Below are positions 49,621-60,488 of a stretch of 64,000 nucleotides of DNA, in pieces. The position numbers were made by a program, and so were the translations under genes. The first letter of the stretch is position 1. Each line of letters begins with the position of its first letter. The notes under the pieces were generated by a model. The model did no database searches. It was not told where the DNA came from and was given only the letters and a program-made list of their open reading frames with translations. Source of the stretch: a virus; IMG/VR virus record IMGVR_UViG_3300009320_000011, positions 1 through 64,000 of that record; one strand, written 5' to 3'.

Positions 49621-52362
49621 ATGTACCAAAATCTTTTTTTCGATCGAGAAAGTTATGTAATGCACGTCTTCGACGATGCTAAAGGATACTATAAATCCAA
49701 ATACAATTCGTATGCCTATGTATTAGATGCTGGTGGTATGTATAATACACTGGATGGCAAAACTGTTAAGAGGATACCGGGATATAAGGTTAAAGAATAT
49801 GATAAAAGTTTATTATATGAATCAGATGTAAAACCAGAAATAAGGTTTTTGATCGACAAGTACGGACTATCAGATGAACCATCCAAAAATCATATTACAC
49901 TATTTTTTGATATCGAAGTCGAATCAGCTGATGGTTTCCCAGACCAAGTATTAGCTGAGCAAGAGGTAACTGCAATATCATGTTGGATAAAAGAGATAGA
50001 TTCATCTATACTACTTCTTCTTGATAAAAGCGACATTATAAAAGATGTAAATAAGAAAAATGTTAAAATTATATCATTCAAAGATGAAGTATCTTTATTG
50101 GATGAATTTATTAATATATTACACAAAATCAAACCAACGATACTAACTGGTTGGAATATAAATAACTTTGATATACCATATCTATATAATAGGTATACCA
50201 ATATATTTGGTGAAGATGTAGCAAAACAATTAAGTCCAATTAACATAGTTAAAGAGGATCATTATAACGACGGTGAATATAAAATAGCTGGTGTAAATTG
50301 TTTAGACTATTTATTATTATATAAGAAATTCGAATCAAACCAGAAACAAGCATATTCACTTGATTTTATTGGTGAATTGGAGATAGGACTTGGCAAGGTA
50401 AAATATGACAAATCATTGGATGATCTATACAATACAGACATCGAAGGATTTATTGAGTATTGTTTTCGTGATGTTGAAATTGTAAAACAACTTGATGAAA
50501 AATTAAACCATATTGAACTGACTAAGATGGTATGTCATAAAGGACACGTACCATACGAAGATATATTTATGTCGTCTAGATATTTAGAAGGAGCGATATT
50601 AACGTATTTGAAAAATAATGAAATAGTATCACCCAATAAAAAACCAGAAATCAAACTTGTATTATCTCGAGATCATAACTTAGATGAATCAAAATTATAT
50701 GTTAGAAGCATACCAAAAGAAACACCATTAAGTGGTATGTTAGGCATAAAGAAATCAAAATCCTCATTTGTATATGTCGACTATAAAGAATATAAGGGGA
50801 ACTATTTCATATTAAAGGAACCACTAAAAGAATATATAGATAAAACTTATAAGGTATCGTTCGAGTTTACAGGAGCTAGAGTTAAACCACCAAAACCAGG
50901 TAGGTTTAAGTGGATGTTTGATTTAGACTTAAAATCAATGTATCCGTTTTCAATTATTACATTGAATATATCTCCAGAAACAAAAAAAGGCAAAGTATTT
51001 GAATTTGACCCATATGAGTTTTATAATAATAAAGACGCAAATATAAGAGTCATATTTGACTCAGATGAATTATTGATTACGTATTCTGAATTAAGGAAAT
51101 TGTTGATAAAATATAATTGTTCTATATCATCCAATGGAATAATTTATTCACTTGAAAAACGTGGTTTGATACCAAATATACTTGAATTGTGGTCTTTTGA
51201 GCGCGATGATGTAAAGGAAAAACGCGATGAACATAAAGAAGGATCAAAGAAATATCAGTATTTCGATAGACTCCAGGAAAGGCAAAAGGTTTTGCTTAAC
51301 TCAATTTATGGGTGTCTTGGTCTGCAATCATTTCGTTGGTATGATTTAGATAATGCGGAAGCAACAACGTCGAGTGGAAGGACATTAATAACATATTCAG
51401 AAAAAGTTGCAAATTTATTTTATAATAAAGAGTTAAATATCGATGTAAGTGCATCAAAAAATAATCAAGTAGATTATTGTGCTTACATCGATACGTAGAT
51501 GGATTCATTATTCTTTTCAACTTTACCAATTATTGAAAAAAGATATCCAACTGAGGATTATGAAAATGATTCTTTTATGATTAATAAAACACTTGAAATC
51601 ACTAGAGAAATACAAAACTTTATTAATGATTCGTATAAAAATTATTCAAATGGATTTCATTGTGTTAAAAATCATAGCTACAAAATTAAGCAAGAACTTG
51701 TAGCAAAATCCGGATTTTGGTTAGATGTAAAGAAACGATATGCATTACTAATAGTTGATAAAGAGGGCGTGAGACTTGAAAAACCAAAATTAGATGTAAA
51801 GGGATTGGATACTGTACGTAGTGATTTTCCAAATAGTATGCGTGAGTTTATGAAGGAAACATTAATGCATATATTAGAGTTTAAGTCAAAAGAGTTTTTG
51901 GATAAACATATTGAGCAATTCAAAGAAAAAATAAATTCAATTGAAGTAAAAGATATCGCTCGACCATCTTCAGTAAATGGTATTGGTAAGTATTCTGGAA
52001 GAAAAACACCAGGAGGATTGACTGAAATTAAAAAAGGAGCTCAATCACATATAAAAGGATGTATATATTATAATGATTTGATTAATATATTTGATCAATC
52101 AAAAGATTACGAGCACATCAGGAATAAAGATAAAATTAAGAGTGTTTACTTGAAAGACAATCCATATCAATTTGAATCTTTATCTTATCGGGGATATGAC
52201 GATCCGCCAGAAATTATTGAATTTATTGAAAAATATATAGACCGAAATAAAATCTTTGAATTATTGCTGGTAAATAAATTAAATTCATTCTATAAAGCTT
52301 TGGGCTGGGGCGAGATTAATGCGTTAATAAATAAAAACATAAATAAATTTTTTGATTTTTAG
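49621..52362 (+). CDS. gp43: Family B DNA polymerase (gp43-like), interrupted in motif C by TAG at 51496-51498
   Basis: FDIE, GWNINNFDIPY, DLKSMYP, KVLLNSIYG, YIDT*MDS, KKRY, KGLDTVRSD. Confidence 0.92.
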
Positions 52363-53115
52363 ATGATATACAATTATAAAGACGGAGACATAGACTTTAG
52401 TGATATAACTCTTAATTTAAGAGCTGATCAAAAGAGAAAAGTAAGAACTAAAAATACTGATATACTATACAAATATCAGAATAAGTATTATACGAAATAC
52501 AAATCGAATTACCGACGGTTGCTTTGGAATACTAAGACCGCGATGAGTAATAATTATATTTTGGCATGCAAATTTATAGATTTCAGCACGGTCGATTCAT
52601 TTATCGATATTGGATGTGGAACTGGAGAGTTTATAGATTATGTTATATCAAATCATGAAATAGACAATATTGTTGGCGTCGATGCCGTACCAAATTTTGT
52701 TGATTATGCTAAAAAAGAAAATAAAAATCATAATGTAGAATTTATAAATGACAATCTATTTAATATACCAAATAACGATGGCATTAAAACATATGATCTC
52801 TGCACTATGATTGGTGTATTGCAGGTATTAGATCTAAATTCAATGGAGCATATTTTTGATGTAATCAAAGAAGTAGTAAATAGTGGCGGTCAAATTTGGC
52901 TAACATCAGTTAATTATTATAAGTATATAAAACATCGTTTTAGTACAGACAATCGACGATTGGCTGGAACTTGGAAACATAAAGTTGAAGAAGTGGTATA
53001 TTATATGAAAGATGATTTTCATGATATTAAATTCGGTTCTTTCGATAAAGATGGAGAAATAGCTGAAAATAAATACGACGGCAGATATATTTTCGTTTAT
53101 GGAGTTAAAAACTAA
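52363..53115 (+). CDS. Class I SAM-dependent methyltransferase
   Basis: FIDIGCGTG, VGVD, GGQIWL. Confidence 0.8.
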   Translation: MIYNYKDGDIDFSDITLNLRADQKRKVRTKNTDILYKYQNKYYTKYKSNYRRLLWNTKTAMSNNYILACKFIDFSTVDSFIDIGCGTGEFIDYVISNHEIDNIVGVDAVPNFVDYAKKENKNHNVEFINDNLFNIPNNDGIKTYDLCTMIGVLQVLDLNSMEHIFDVIKEVVNSGGQIWLTSVNYYKYIKHRFSTDNRRLAGTWKHKVEEVVYYMKDDFHDIKFGSFDKDGEIAENKYDGRYIFVYGVKN

Positions 53116-53121
53116 TTAAAA

Positions 53122-53955
53122 ATGGATCCAAATAAAATTAAAATAGATGATTTTTTCTCGTTGCCATATTATATTTCATTTTATAATCTGATGTGCAAGC
53201 CACTTCCAAATAATATTGGATTCATAAAGAATAAGAATCAAATGGTATTATTCAAGCAAGAATATATCGAAGACGCTCAGCCATTTCTAGACGGCATAAA
53301 GAAAATTATACTGTTTAATATGAGCGAGGATAATTATGATTTATTTCTGAAACGTGGAATAAAGCATGCTAAATCTAAAAATGATAGCATTATTTCAATA
53401 TTTGATGGTGATTTTTTCAAATTGGAAGGAAAAAAACATAGACATTTAAGATATAGAAGAAATCATTATACAAAACGATTTAATTTTGAGGTTAGAGACA
53501 GCGTTAGATCAATGTATGATTTTGATATTTTTATAAAGAAGTGGAATAATATGAGAAAAGATGCACACTTTCAATTACATACTGGCTATGATGTTAGATT
53601 CATTAAAGAGAATCTGAACAATTATAAAGATAAACTAGTGCAAAAGTGGTTTTATGATGATAATGAATTAGTCGGATATTCAGTCGTTGATAGAGCGTCT
53701 AATGGCAAATATAATCTATTATGTAGGAAAGCTTTCACTGATGAAAAATATACTGATTTATGTATGTATATGGATTATTGTGTATTCAAATTAATCTACG
53801 ATGATATAAAAAAACCTTATTTAGTTAATATGGGCGCTGGACAATCTGGAGTTAAACAATATAAAGAGACTAAATTTCCATATTTTGCTTCATATAAATT
53901 GATAACAGCTAAATATGATGTAGTTAATGACCAGGTAGTAAATAATTTCTGGTAA
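53122..53955 (+). CDS. DUF2156 / aminoacyl-transferase-like GNAT protein
   Basis: LEGKKHRHLRYRRN, VNMGAG..GVKQYK. Confidence 0.45.
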   Translation: MDPNKIKIDDFFSLPYYISFYNLMCKPLPNNIGFIKNKNQMVLFKQEYIEDAQPFLDGIKKIILFNMSEDNYDLFLKRGIKHAKSKNDSIISIFDGDFFKLEGKKHRHLRYRRNHYTKRFNFEVRDSVRSMYDFDIFIKKWNNMRKDAHFQLHTGYDVRFIKENLNNYKDKLVQKWFYDDNELVGYSVVDRASNGKYNLLCRKAFTDEKYTDLCMYMDYCVFKLIYDDIKKPYLVNMGAGQSGVKQYKETKFPYFASYKLITAKYDVVNDQVVNNFW

Positions 53956-53994
53956 AGCTTGTAGCTGTCCCATAATTTTTGTATATTTATATAA

Positions 53995-55527
53995 ATGAAG
54001 TATTTTTACGAGAAAACAGATTTCGACAAATTCAAATCAAATATATCATATGATGATATACTGGGCATGGACGAATGTCAATTTACCGCTTGGGTAAAGC
54101 TATTGAGATTAGAAGTCATCCAGAACTGGAACAATGGAATCCCTCCGGTCGTAGGAAAAAATGAAATTGATATCATAAAGTCATTCCGGAAAATCAGAGG
54201 GTTTTTTACACCAGACTTGATTTTACCAGACAAGGATTGCTTGGGAATAATCCGAAATTTCAATAAAACTGGAAGTGAAATAAATCAATTTTTCCCAACA
54301 ATGCTCAAAACTAAAATTACTATAAGTAAAAACCCAGATAAAGCAAAATCAATATATGATGTGATTTCAAAGGATTGTTTTCTAGATAGGTTTATTCATA
54401 TAATGAAGCGGACACTCAAACGTGATTCAATGTACATATATTCAAAATCGCTAACAAAACAGACAAATGAGGATGAAATTTGTTATATGGGCGGTGATGG
54501 ATATAAATGGATTATTGATAATATTAAAAAACTAACAAATTATGGCATATGGTTAAATGAAGTAGATGATTGCAGTGATGATGAATACGTATATCTCATC
54601 AAATCAGACATCGAAAAATTAATTGAATCAAATCATATAACGCAAAAAGAACTAACAAATATATCCGATCTAAAAGACGATAAAAAATACTTAATTCGAT
54701 ATTATAAAAAAAATCAACAAATATTTCCAGGAATAATTCAAATACTCAGACTAAGTCTTGGAACGCAACCAGTTGTGAATTTTCCACCAACTACTGCAAA
54801 ATTACTGTACGAAAAGTATACAGAACACATAGATAAGGATGTGATCAATATATATGATCCAAGTGCTGGCTGGGGCGGTCGTATTTTGGGAGCAATGTCA
54901 TTATCAAAAAGAGTACATTATGTTGGAGTAGATCCAAATATAGATAATTTCATATCAGGACCCAATATTACAAGGTATGAATACTTAGCTGACTTCTATA
55001 ATGAAAAATGTATTGGATCAACAAATGAAAATTTTAATAAGTTTTTTGAATCAAAAGAAAATAAAAATACATATGACATATATCCATCGGGAAGTGAAAA
55101 TATACACTTGAATCCCGATTTTCAAAAATATAAAGGAAAGATTGATTTTGTGTTTACGTCGCCTCCCTACTTTAATCGAGAACAATATGGCGATTCTGAT
55201 GGTCAATCATATATTCAATATCCTAAATATGAAGACTGGAGGGATAATTTTCTAAAACCAACATTGAAAACAGCAGTTGAATATCTGGACAATGATAGGT
55301 ATTTGGCGTGGAATATAGCATCAATTAAAATAGGCAAAGATGAGTATTTACCGTTACAAGAAGATTCAGTGCAAATACTGAAGGATTTGGGAATGGAATA
55401 TATTGGATATTATCGGATGTTAATGACGAAAATGATTGGAATCCGACCGAAAGGAGTATTAAATTGGATAGAGATAAAAGGAGTTTGGTATAAATATGAG
55501 CCAATATTTCTGGCATATAAAAATTAA
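53995..55527 (+). CDS. Amino-DNA methyltransferase-like protein
   Basis: YDPSAGWGGR (motif I), FTSPPYF (motif IV). Confidence 0.8.
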   Translation: MKYFYEKTDFDKFKSNISYDDILGMDECQFTAWVKLLRLEVIQNWNNGIPPVVGKNEIDIIKSFRKIRGFFTPDLILPDKDCLGIIRNFNKTGSEINQFFPTMLKTKITISKNPDKAKSIYDVISKDCFLDRFIHIMKRTLKRDSMYIYSKSLTKQTNEDEICYMGGDGYKWIIDNIKKLTNYGIWLNEVDDCSDDEYVYLIKSDIEKLIESNHITQKELTNISDLKDDKKYLIRYYKKNQQIFPGIIQILRLSLGTQPVVNFPPTTAKLLYEKYTEHIDKDVINIYDPSAGWGGRILGAMSLSKRVHYVGVDPNIDNFISGPNITRYEYLADFYNEKCIGSTNENFNKFFESKENKNTYDIYPSGSENIHLNPDFQKYKGKIDFVFTSPPYFNREQYGDSDGQSYIQYPKYEDWRDNFLKPTLKTAVEYLDNDRYLAWNIASIKIGKDEYLPLQEDSVQILKDLGMEYIGYYRMLMTKMIGIRPKGVLNWIEIKGVWYKYEPIFLAYKN

Positions 55528-55530
55528 ATT

Positions 55531-55755
55531 ATGAAAAAAGAAGAAAAAGTAATTAATGGGGTCTTAGAACATATTTCATCAATAGAAGAAAAAACTGGTT
55601 TTGCTCATAGAATAATATTTGAAGTCGTAAACTGGTCTTCAATGAATTATTATGAAGCAATGGGATTACTAGAGGGAGTAAAAATTGATTATCACGAAAC
55701 TTGGAGCAAAATCATACAAGAAGAAAATGAAGAAGATAGAAAAAAATTAAATTAA
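55531..55755 (+). CDS. Hypothetical protein
   Basis: 74 aa ORF. Confidence 0.5.
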   Translation: MKKEEKVINGVLEHISSIEEKTGFAHRIIFEVVNWSSMNYYEAMGLLEGVKIDYHETWSKIIQEENEEDRKKLN

Positions 55756-55765
55756 ATAATAAATT

Positions 55766-56056
55766 ATGAAAGAATATAATGTAAAATATAAAGTGGGTGC
55801 CGATGTTTATATATTATCATCAAAGAAAATTTATAAAAGTAGAATTGACAAAATTAGAGTTATAGAAAGTCAACCATACAGTGAATTTGAGTATGGTAGA
55901 CATCCTGGAGAAAAAGGAAGCGTTGTTGAAAAAGATGGAATTGAAATTGATTATTTAGTAATTACGTATAAAACCGATAATTATACATCATATGATTGGT
56001 ATAGTCAAGATGATATTTTTGATAATGAAGAAGAACTAATAAGGAAAATTAAATAA
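55766..56056 (+). CDS. Hypothetical protein
   Basis: 96 aa ORF. Confidence 0.55.
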   Translation: MKEYNVKYKVGADVYILSSKKIYKSRIDKIRVIESQPYSEFEYGRHPGEKGSVVEKDGIEIDYLVITYKTDNYTSYDWYSQDDIFDNEEELIRKIK

Positions 56057-56071
56057 TAATAAAAACAAATC

Positions 56072-56794
56072 ATGAAAAAAGAAAGTTTATTACAATTCAT
56101 TGACAAGTACAGTCTCGGAGATAATATCTCTACTGTACTAATTAAATCAGAGAACGACACAGTATCTGTTGATTTTATATCTGATGATAAAACAACAAAA
56201 GGAACTGTCGTGATGAATGATTTTAAGGACTTGGGTGAAGCCGAACTTGGAATCTATAATACCGGAAAGCTAAAGAAAATGCTTGATGTACTGGACGATA
56301 CTATTGATATTGAGTACAAAAAAGAATCTTCAGCAAACAAAATATCATCTGTCATTTTATCGGATAAAAAAATCAAAACAAAGTATGTTGTATGCGAACA
56401 GAGTGTAATTCCGGTAGTTCCAAAAATGAAAGCAGAACCACCATATGAAATCGAAGTTGATATCGACACAGATTTTATTGATGATTTTATTCGAGTAAAT
56501 AATGCTATTGATGCAGAAACATTTACTGCAATTGCAGACGATGATTCTATTAAGTTTGTTTTTGGTTATGTAAAACATACCAATACAAATACAATTACAC
56601 TTGATATTAAGGCAAAAACGCAATCAAAAATTGATGAAGTAACATTAAATTCAAATATGTTAACTGAAGTATTGAAAGCAAATAGAGGCTTAAGTGGATC
56701 AATTAAAATATCATCTGCTGGGTTATCATTTATTAAGTTTACTTCTACTAAATTTGAAACTGAATATTATTTAGTTGCTGCTCAAAGTATTTAA
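56072..56794 (+). CDS. gp45: Sliding clamp (gp45/PCNA-like)
   Basis: 240 aa, LGIYN...KISSAGL...EYYLVA; near clamp loader genes. Confidence 0.7.
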   Translation: MKKESLLQFIDKYSLGDNISTVLIKSENDTVSVDFISDDKTTKGTVVMNDFKDLGEAELGIYNTGKLKKMLDVLDDTIDIEYKKESSANKISSVILSDKKIKTKYVVCEQSVIPVVPKMKAEPPYEIEVDIDTDFIDDFIRVNNAIDAETFTAIADDDSIKFVFGYVKHTNTNTITLDIKAKTQSKIDEVTLNSNMLTEVLKANRGLSGSIKISSAGLSFIKFTSTKFETEYYLVAAQSI

Positions 56795-56796
56795 TT

Positions 56797-58002
56797 ATGT
56801 CTGCTAAAACTGGATATACACCAACACCACTACATCCTTATTTTGAGAGATTTTTGAATCGGGAACCATACCTCTATATTACAAAAGAGGAACACGATTA
56901 TATAGTTAAAAATTTCGAAGTAAGAGAAGGTAGGATACAGTTAGCAAATGTTATGGTTACTTATCCACCACCGATCCGCGAACATTCGTTGAAAGATTGC
57001 TATGTCGATTATCTGAAATTGAAGTCTACTCGTCTTAATGAGTTGTTTGTTACTGGCGATTGGAATTTTAGGAATGAAAAGGATTTTAAGCATTCTGTTA
57101 AACTAGATGGTAAGAACACATACATAAGACGCATAATGACTGGCAATATATCTAGTGATTTCTTCCATATAAAAAATAGATGGAGTTCATCTTCAATTAG
57201 GTTTCCAGCTCCAATTGATGTATGGAATCAACACAAATATTCGTACTTAATAGCTGGAGCTTTTTATACACTTGGGTTTGAAGAATTCAATCTAAGTGCG
57301 TTTAAGACTATGACAGCATTGCGTACATATATATGTTCTCAGTTTAAGCCAAACGTAGCTAAAGTACTGTATGATTATTTCAAAGCAGAATCTGTCTTGG
57401 ATTTCTCGATGGGATGGGGAGATCGACTAGCTGGGTTTTTCGCAGCAAACACAGCACAATTATATGTTGGCGTAGATCCAAAAGTTGATAATCATCCGAT
57501 ATATAATGAACAAGCCGAGCATTATCAAAAATGGAACGGCTGGTTTGAAGTTAGCAAAAAAACAGACTTCATAATTGCTCCAGCTGAAGATGCTGATTTA
57601 TCAAAATATGAAAATAAAATTGATTTGGTATTTACATCACCACCATACTTCGATACAGAAGTATATTCTGGTGAAGAAACTCAATCATGCAATAAATATA
57701 AAACAATCAACGACTGGAATGAATTATTTCTACATAAAGCAATAGACAATGTATGGAAAACAATAAAACCAGGCGGACATATGTTGATCAATATAGCTGA
57801 CGTAAAAAGAGGCAATACATATATGAATATATGTGATATAATGATTGAATATGTTGAAGGAAAACATAAAGCAAAATACATAGGAGCAATTGGAATGCAA
57901 ATGACGCTGAGACCAAATTCAGCCGCGAGAACTGAAGAGTTCGAAGGTGATAAGAATTCAGTATTTTGCGAGCCAGTTTGGATATTTAAGAAACTAGGAT
58001 AA
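56797..58002 (+). CDS. Amino-DNA methyltransferase-like protein, paralogue of 53995
   Basis: SQFKP, LDFSMGWGDRL, FTSPPYF, EPVWIF. Confidence 0.8.
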   Translation: MSAKTGYTPTPLHPYFERFLNREPYLYITKEEHDYIVKNFEVREGRIQLANVMVTYPPPIREHSLKDCYVDYLKLKSTRLNELFVTGDWNFRNEKDFKHSVKLDGKNTYIRRIMTGNISSDFFHIKNRWSSSSIRFPAPIDVWNQHKYSYLIAGAFYTLGFEEFNLSAFKTMTALRTYICSQFKPNVAKVLYDYFKAESVLDFSMGWGDRLAGFFAANTAQLYVGVDPKVDNHPIYNEQAEHYQKWNGWFEVSKKTDFIIAPAEDADLSKYENKIDLVFTSPPYFDTEVYSGEETQSCNKYKTINDWNELFLHKAIDNVWKTIKPGGHMLINIADVKRGNTYMNICDIMIEYVEGKHKAKYIGAIGMQMTLRPNSAARTEEFEGDKNSVFCEPVWIFKKLG

Positions 58003-58005
58003 ATT

Positions 58006-58251
58006 ATGAAAAATAGAACAAAACAGGAAGTAGTAGTGAATAATATAATATTAGACACTCCAAAAAAGTATAAATCAGCCGTTAATAAAATGGCAAAAAT
58101 GTTAGCAAAAGATGACCCAGATGGTAAAATTTTAGAGGAAATGAAAAAACTAGAGAAGGCTGGATTTGATAATAATTATATCATGAAATATATGGTCCAT
58201 GCAATGAAACACAGTAATAGAACTGATGCTGATATGGAATTATTTGATTAA
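58006..58251 (+). CDS. Hypothetical protein
   Basis: 81 aa ORF. Confidence 0.5.
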   Translation: MKNRTKQEVVVNNIILDTPKKYKSAVNKMAKMLAKDDPDGKILEEMKKLEKAGFDNNYIMKYMVHAMKHSNRTDADMELFD

Positions 58252-58266
58252 TAAATTTAAGATTAT

Positions 58267-58515
58267 ATGATTGACAAAAATAAAGAACATTTTTTCTGGA
58301 ATGAGCGGTACCGCCCCCAAAATTTAGATGATTATGTGGGCAATGAAGCATTAATACAGAGCGTCAAAATATGGATAGAAAGTGGCGAAATCCCAAATCT
58401 ATTATTATATGGGAAAGCTGGGACGGGCAAATGTTTGGATTATTCTGAGTATATTGATATTGAGATGGAAGTATCTGATGATGAATATAAGATACTAAAA
58501 CAATATGAAATTTGA
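58267..58515 (+). CDS. gp44: Clamp loader AAA+ subunit N-fragment + 27-aa split intein N-half (58432-58512)
   Basis: WNERYRPQNLDD, LLYGKAGTGK|CLDYSE. Confidence 0.85.
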   Translation: MIDKNKEHFFWNERYRPQNLDDYVGNEALIQSVKIWIESGEIPNLLLYGKAGTGKCLDYSEYIDIEMEVSDDEYKILKQYEI

Positions 58516-58536
58516 AATATTTTCTAGAAAACATAT

Positions 58537-58653
58537 ACTAATTTAATATTCTTATGCCATTCGTGTCATGCTAGAACCGCAAACTCGCATGATGATGGTT
58601 GGATTGATTATTATGTAAATAAAAATAAACAGTTTTATGAAAAAGAAATTTAG
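58537..58653 (+). pseudogene. HNH endonuclease C-terminal remnant between intein halves
   Basis: Manual translation TNLIFLCHSCHARTANSH... Confidence 0.65.
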
Positions 58654-59812
58654 GTTACCAGTTGGAGAACTTTTTAAGTTTTTTAATTTATTGGATATTG
58701 ATGATAATGATACTGTTGATATTAATAGATATTTAGCTATTAAAAATCAATATAATAAATATAAACGTATTAATTCTTTAATAAAAAAACAGGGTCAAGT
58801 AAATATATATAAATTTGAAGATGATATAAATATTAAATGTGATGAAAAACATTTAGTTAGATGTAATAATAGATTTATATGTATAAAAGATGCCGATACA
58901 GTTGATACAATATATGGAAATAAAAAAAAGATGGGGGCAATATCAGGAACTATTAAAGATGTTTATGATTTTTCAATAGATAGTCCACACGAATATATAA
59001 CATCTAATGGTGTTATTTGCCACAATACATCTTTAGCAAAATTATTGGTTAAGAATATAGATTGTGATTTCATGTATGTTAATGCCAGTGATAAAGGTAA
59101 TATTGATTTTCTTAGAAACGAAATCATACCATTCGCAACATCAATTGGATTTAAGGATCGTAAAATTATAATTCTTGATGAAGCGGATTATTTATCATTT
59201 GGTGGAATGGGTGGTTCTCAACAAGCACTTAGAAATACAATGGAAGCATCATCTAGAAATACAAGATTTATTTTAACTTGTAATTATGTTGAAAAAATAA
59301 TTGATCCAATCAAAAGTCGTTGCGATGTATACCATATAACACCACCATCCAGGAAAGAGGTCGCTGTATTATTAACTAAAATTCTTAATAAAGAGCAAGT
59401 GGAATATGATGTATCTGATTTAGCAGTAGTTGTTAATTCAACATATCCGGATATGAGGAGAGCTATTAATTTGATTCAACGACAATCCATTAATGGTAAA
59501 CTTAAGATTAGCAAACAATCAATTATTGAATCAAATTATATGCTAAAAATAGCAGAAGAACTAAAATCCAATAAAGAACCAAAAGAAAAATTCAAATCAA
59601 TACGTAAAATAATATCAGATAGTAAAGTAAGAGATTTCGAAGATTTATATAGATTTCTATTTGATAATGTAGATGACTATGCAAAAGGAAATATAGCATC
59701 TGTTATATTAGAAATAGCCGAGACTCAGTTTCAGTCGACTTTCGTGGTGGATAAAGAAATTGCGGTAACAAGCTTATTGGTGAAATTAATTAGGACCATA
59801 AATGAAAAATAA
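58637..59812 (+). CDS. gp44: 130-aa split intein C-half + clamp loader C-fragment
   Basis: CDEKHL, VYDFSI, ICHN|TSLAK, NASD, ILDEAD, FILTCN, IKSRC. Confidence 0.88.
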   Translation: MKKKFRLPVGELFKFFNLLDIDDNDTVDINRYLAIKNQYNKYKRINSLIKKQGQVNIYKFEDDINIKCDEKHLVRCNNRFICIKDADTVDTIYGNKKKMGAISGTIKDVYDFSIDSPHEYITSNGVICHNTSLAKLLVKNIDCDFMYVNASDKGNIDFLRNEIIPFATSIGFKDRKIIILDEADYLSFGGMGGSQQALRNTMEASSRNTRFILTCNYVEKIIDPIKSRCDVYHITPPSRKEVAVLLTKILNKEQVEYDVSDLAVVVNSTYPDMRRAINLIQRQSINGKLKISKQSIIESNYMLKIAEELKSNKEPKEKFKSIRKIISDSKVRDFEDLYRFLFDNVDDYAKGNIASVILEIAETQFQSTFVVDKEIAVTSLLVKLIRTINEK

Positions 59813-59827
59813 AGGAGGAATAAAATA

Positions 59828-60028
59828 ATGACAAAACAAAATATTAATATATCTGGTTTACCAAAAATTACATGTGAAGAATGCGATAGCGAAGTATTTG
59901 AACAAGTGTTCGTAATACATAAATTATCAGCATTAGATCCAGTAAATCCAGATGGACAGGAAAGAATAATTCCTGCAATGGCTTTTAGATGTGCAAAATG
60001 TAGAGAAATACTTGACTATGAATACTAA
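59828..60028 (+). CDS. Small zinc-ribbon protein
   Basis: CEEC...CAKC; AGGAGG upstream. Confidence 0.65.
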   Translation: MTKQNINISGLPKITCEECDSEVFEQVFVIHKLSALDPVNPDGQERIIPAMAFRCAKCREILDYEY

Positions 60029-60488
60029 GAAAAAAGATGGCAACAAGGCAAAGACTATATTTGATAATATAAATGACCTAACAAATAAAAAAACACCGTG
60101 GTCAGAATATGATGAAATGGATAGAAAATCATTTAATGTATTTATGTTAAATAGATGGTTATCTATGGATTTTGATTTAATTGATCTAGTTGATTATTTA
60201 CAACAATATACAATTAATATACTGGATAAAGCATCTACATATAAAGTATATTTTGATCTATTACCAAAAAAGAAAATATATAACAAATATATTGGCAAAT
60301 CAAAGGGAAAAAGTAATAAGGAATTACTCGAAATATTATCAAAACATTTCCAAATCAGCCACACAGAAGCAGAAGATTATTTGGAAATAATAAATAAAAA
60401 TGAAGATGGAAGATTATATCTTATTGGTGTAATGAAAATATACGGAATGGACGATAAAGAAATAAAAAAAATAATCGGAAAAACATGA
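60018..60488 (+). CDS. gp62: Clamp loader small subunit (gp62-like)
   Basis: FMLNRWLSM, LPKKKIYNKYI; follows gp44. Confidence 0.7.
   Translation: MNTKKKDGNKAKTIFDNINDLTNKKTPWSEYDEMDRKSFNVFMLNRWLSMDFDLIDLVDYLQQYTINILDKASTYKVYFDLLPKKKIYNKYIGKSKGKSNKELLEILSKHFQISHTEAEDYLEIINKNEDGRLYLIGVMKIYGMDDKEIKKIIGKT

Noticed and set aside
52357-52365. Hop at TTT TAG ATG fusing PolB to the methyltransferase
   Set aside because: PolB ends in a normal clamp-binding-like tail; no codon match or hairpin
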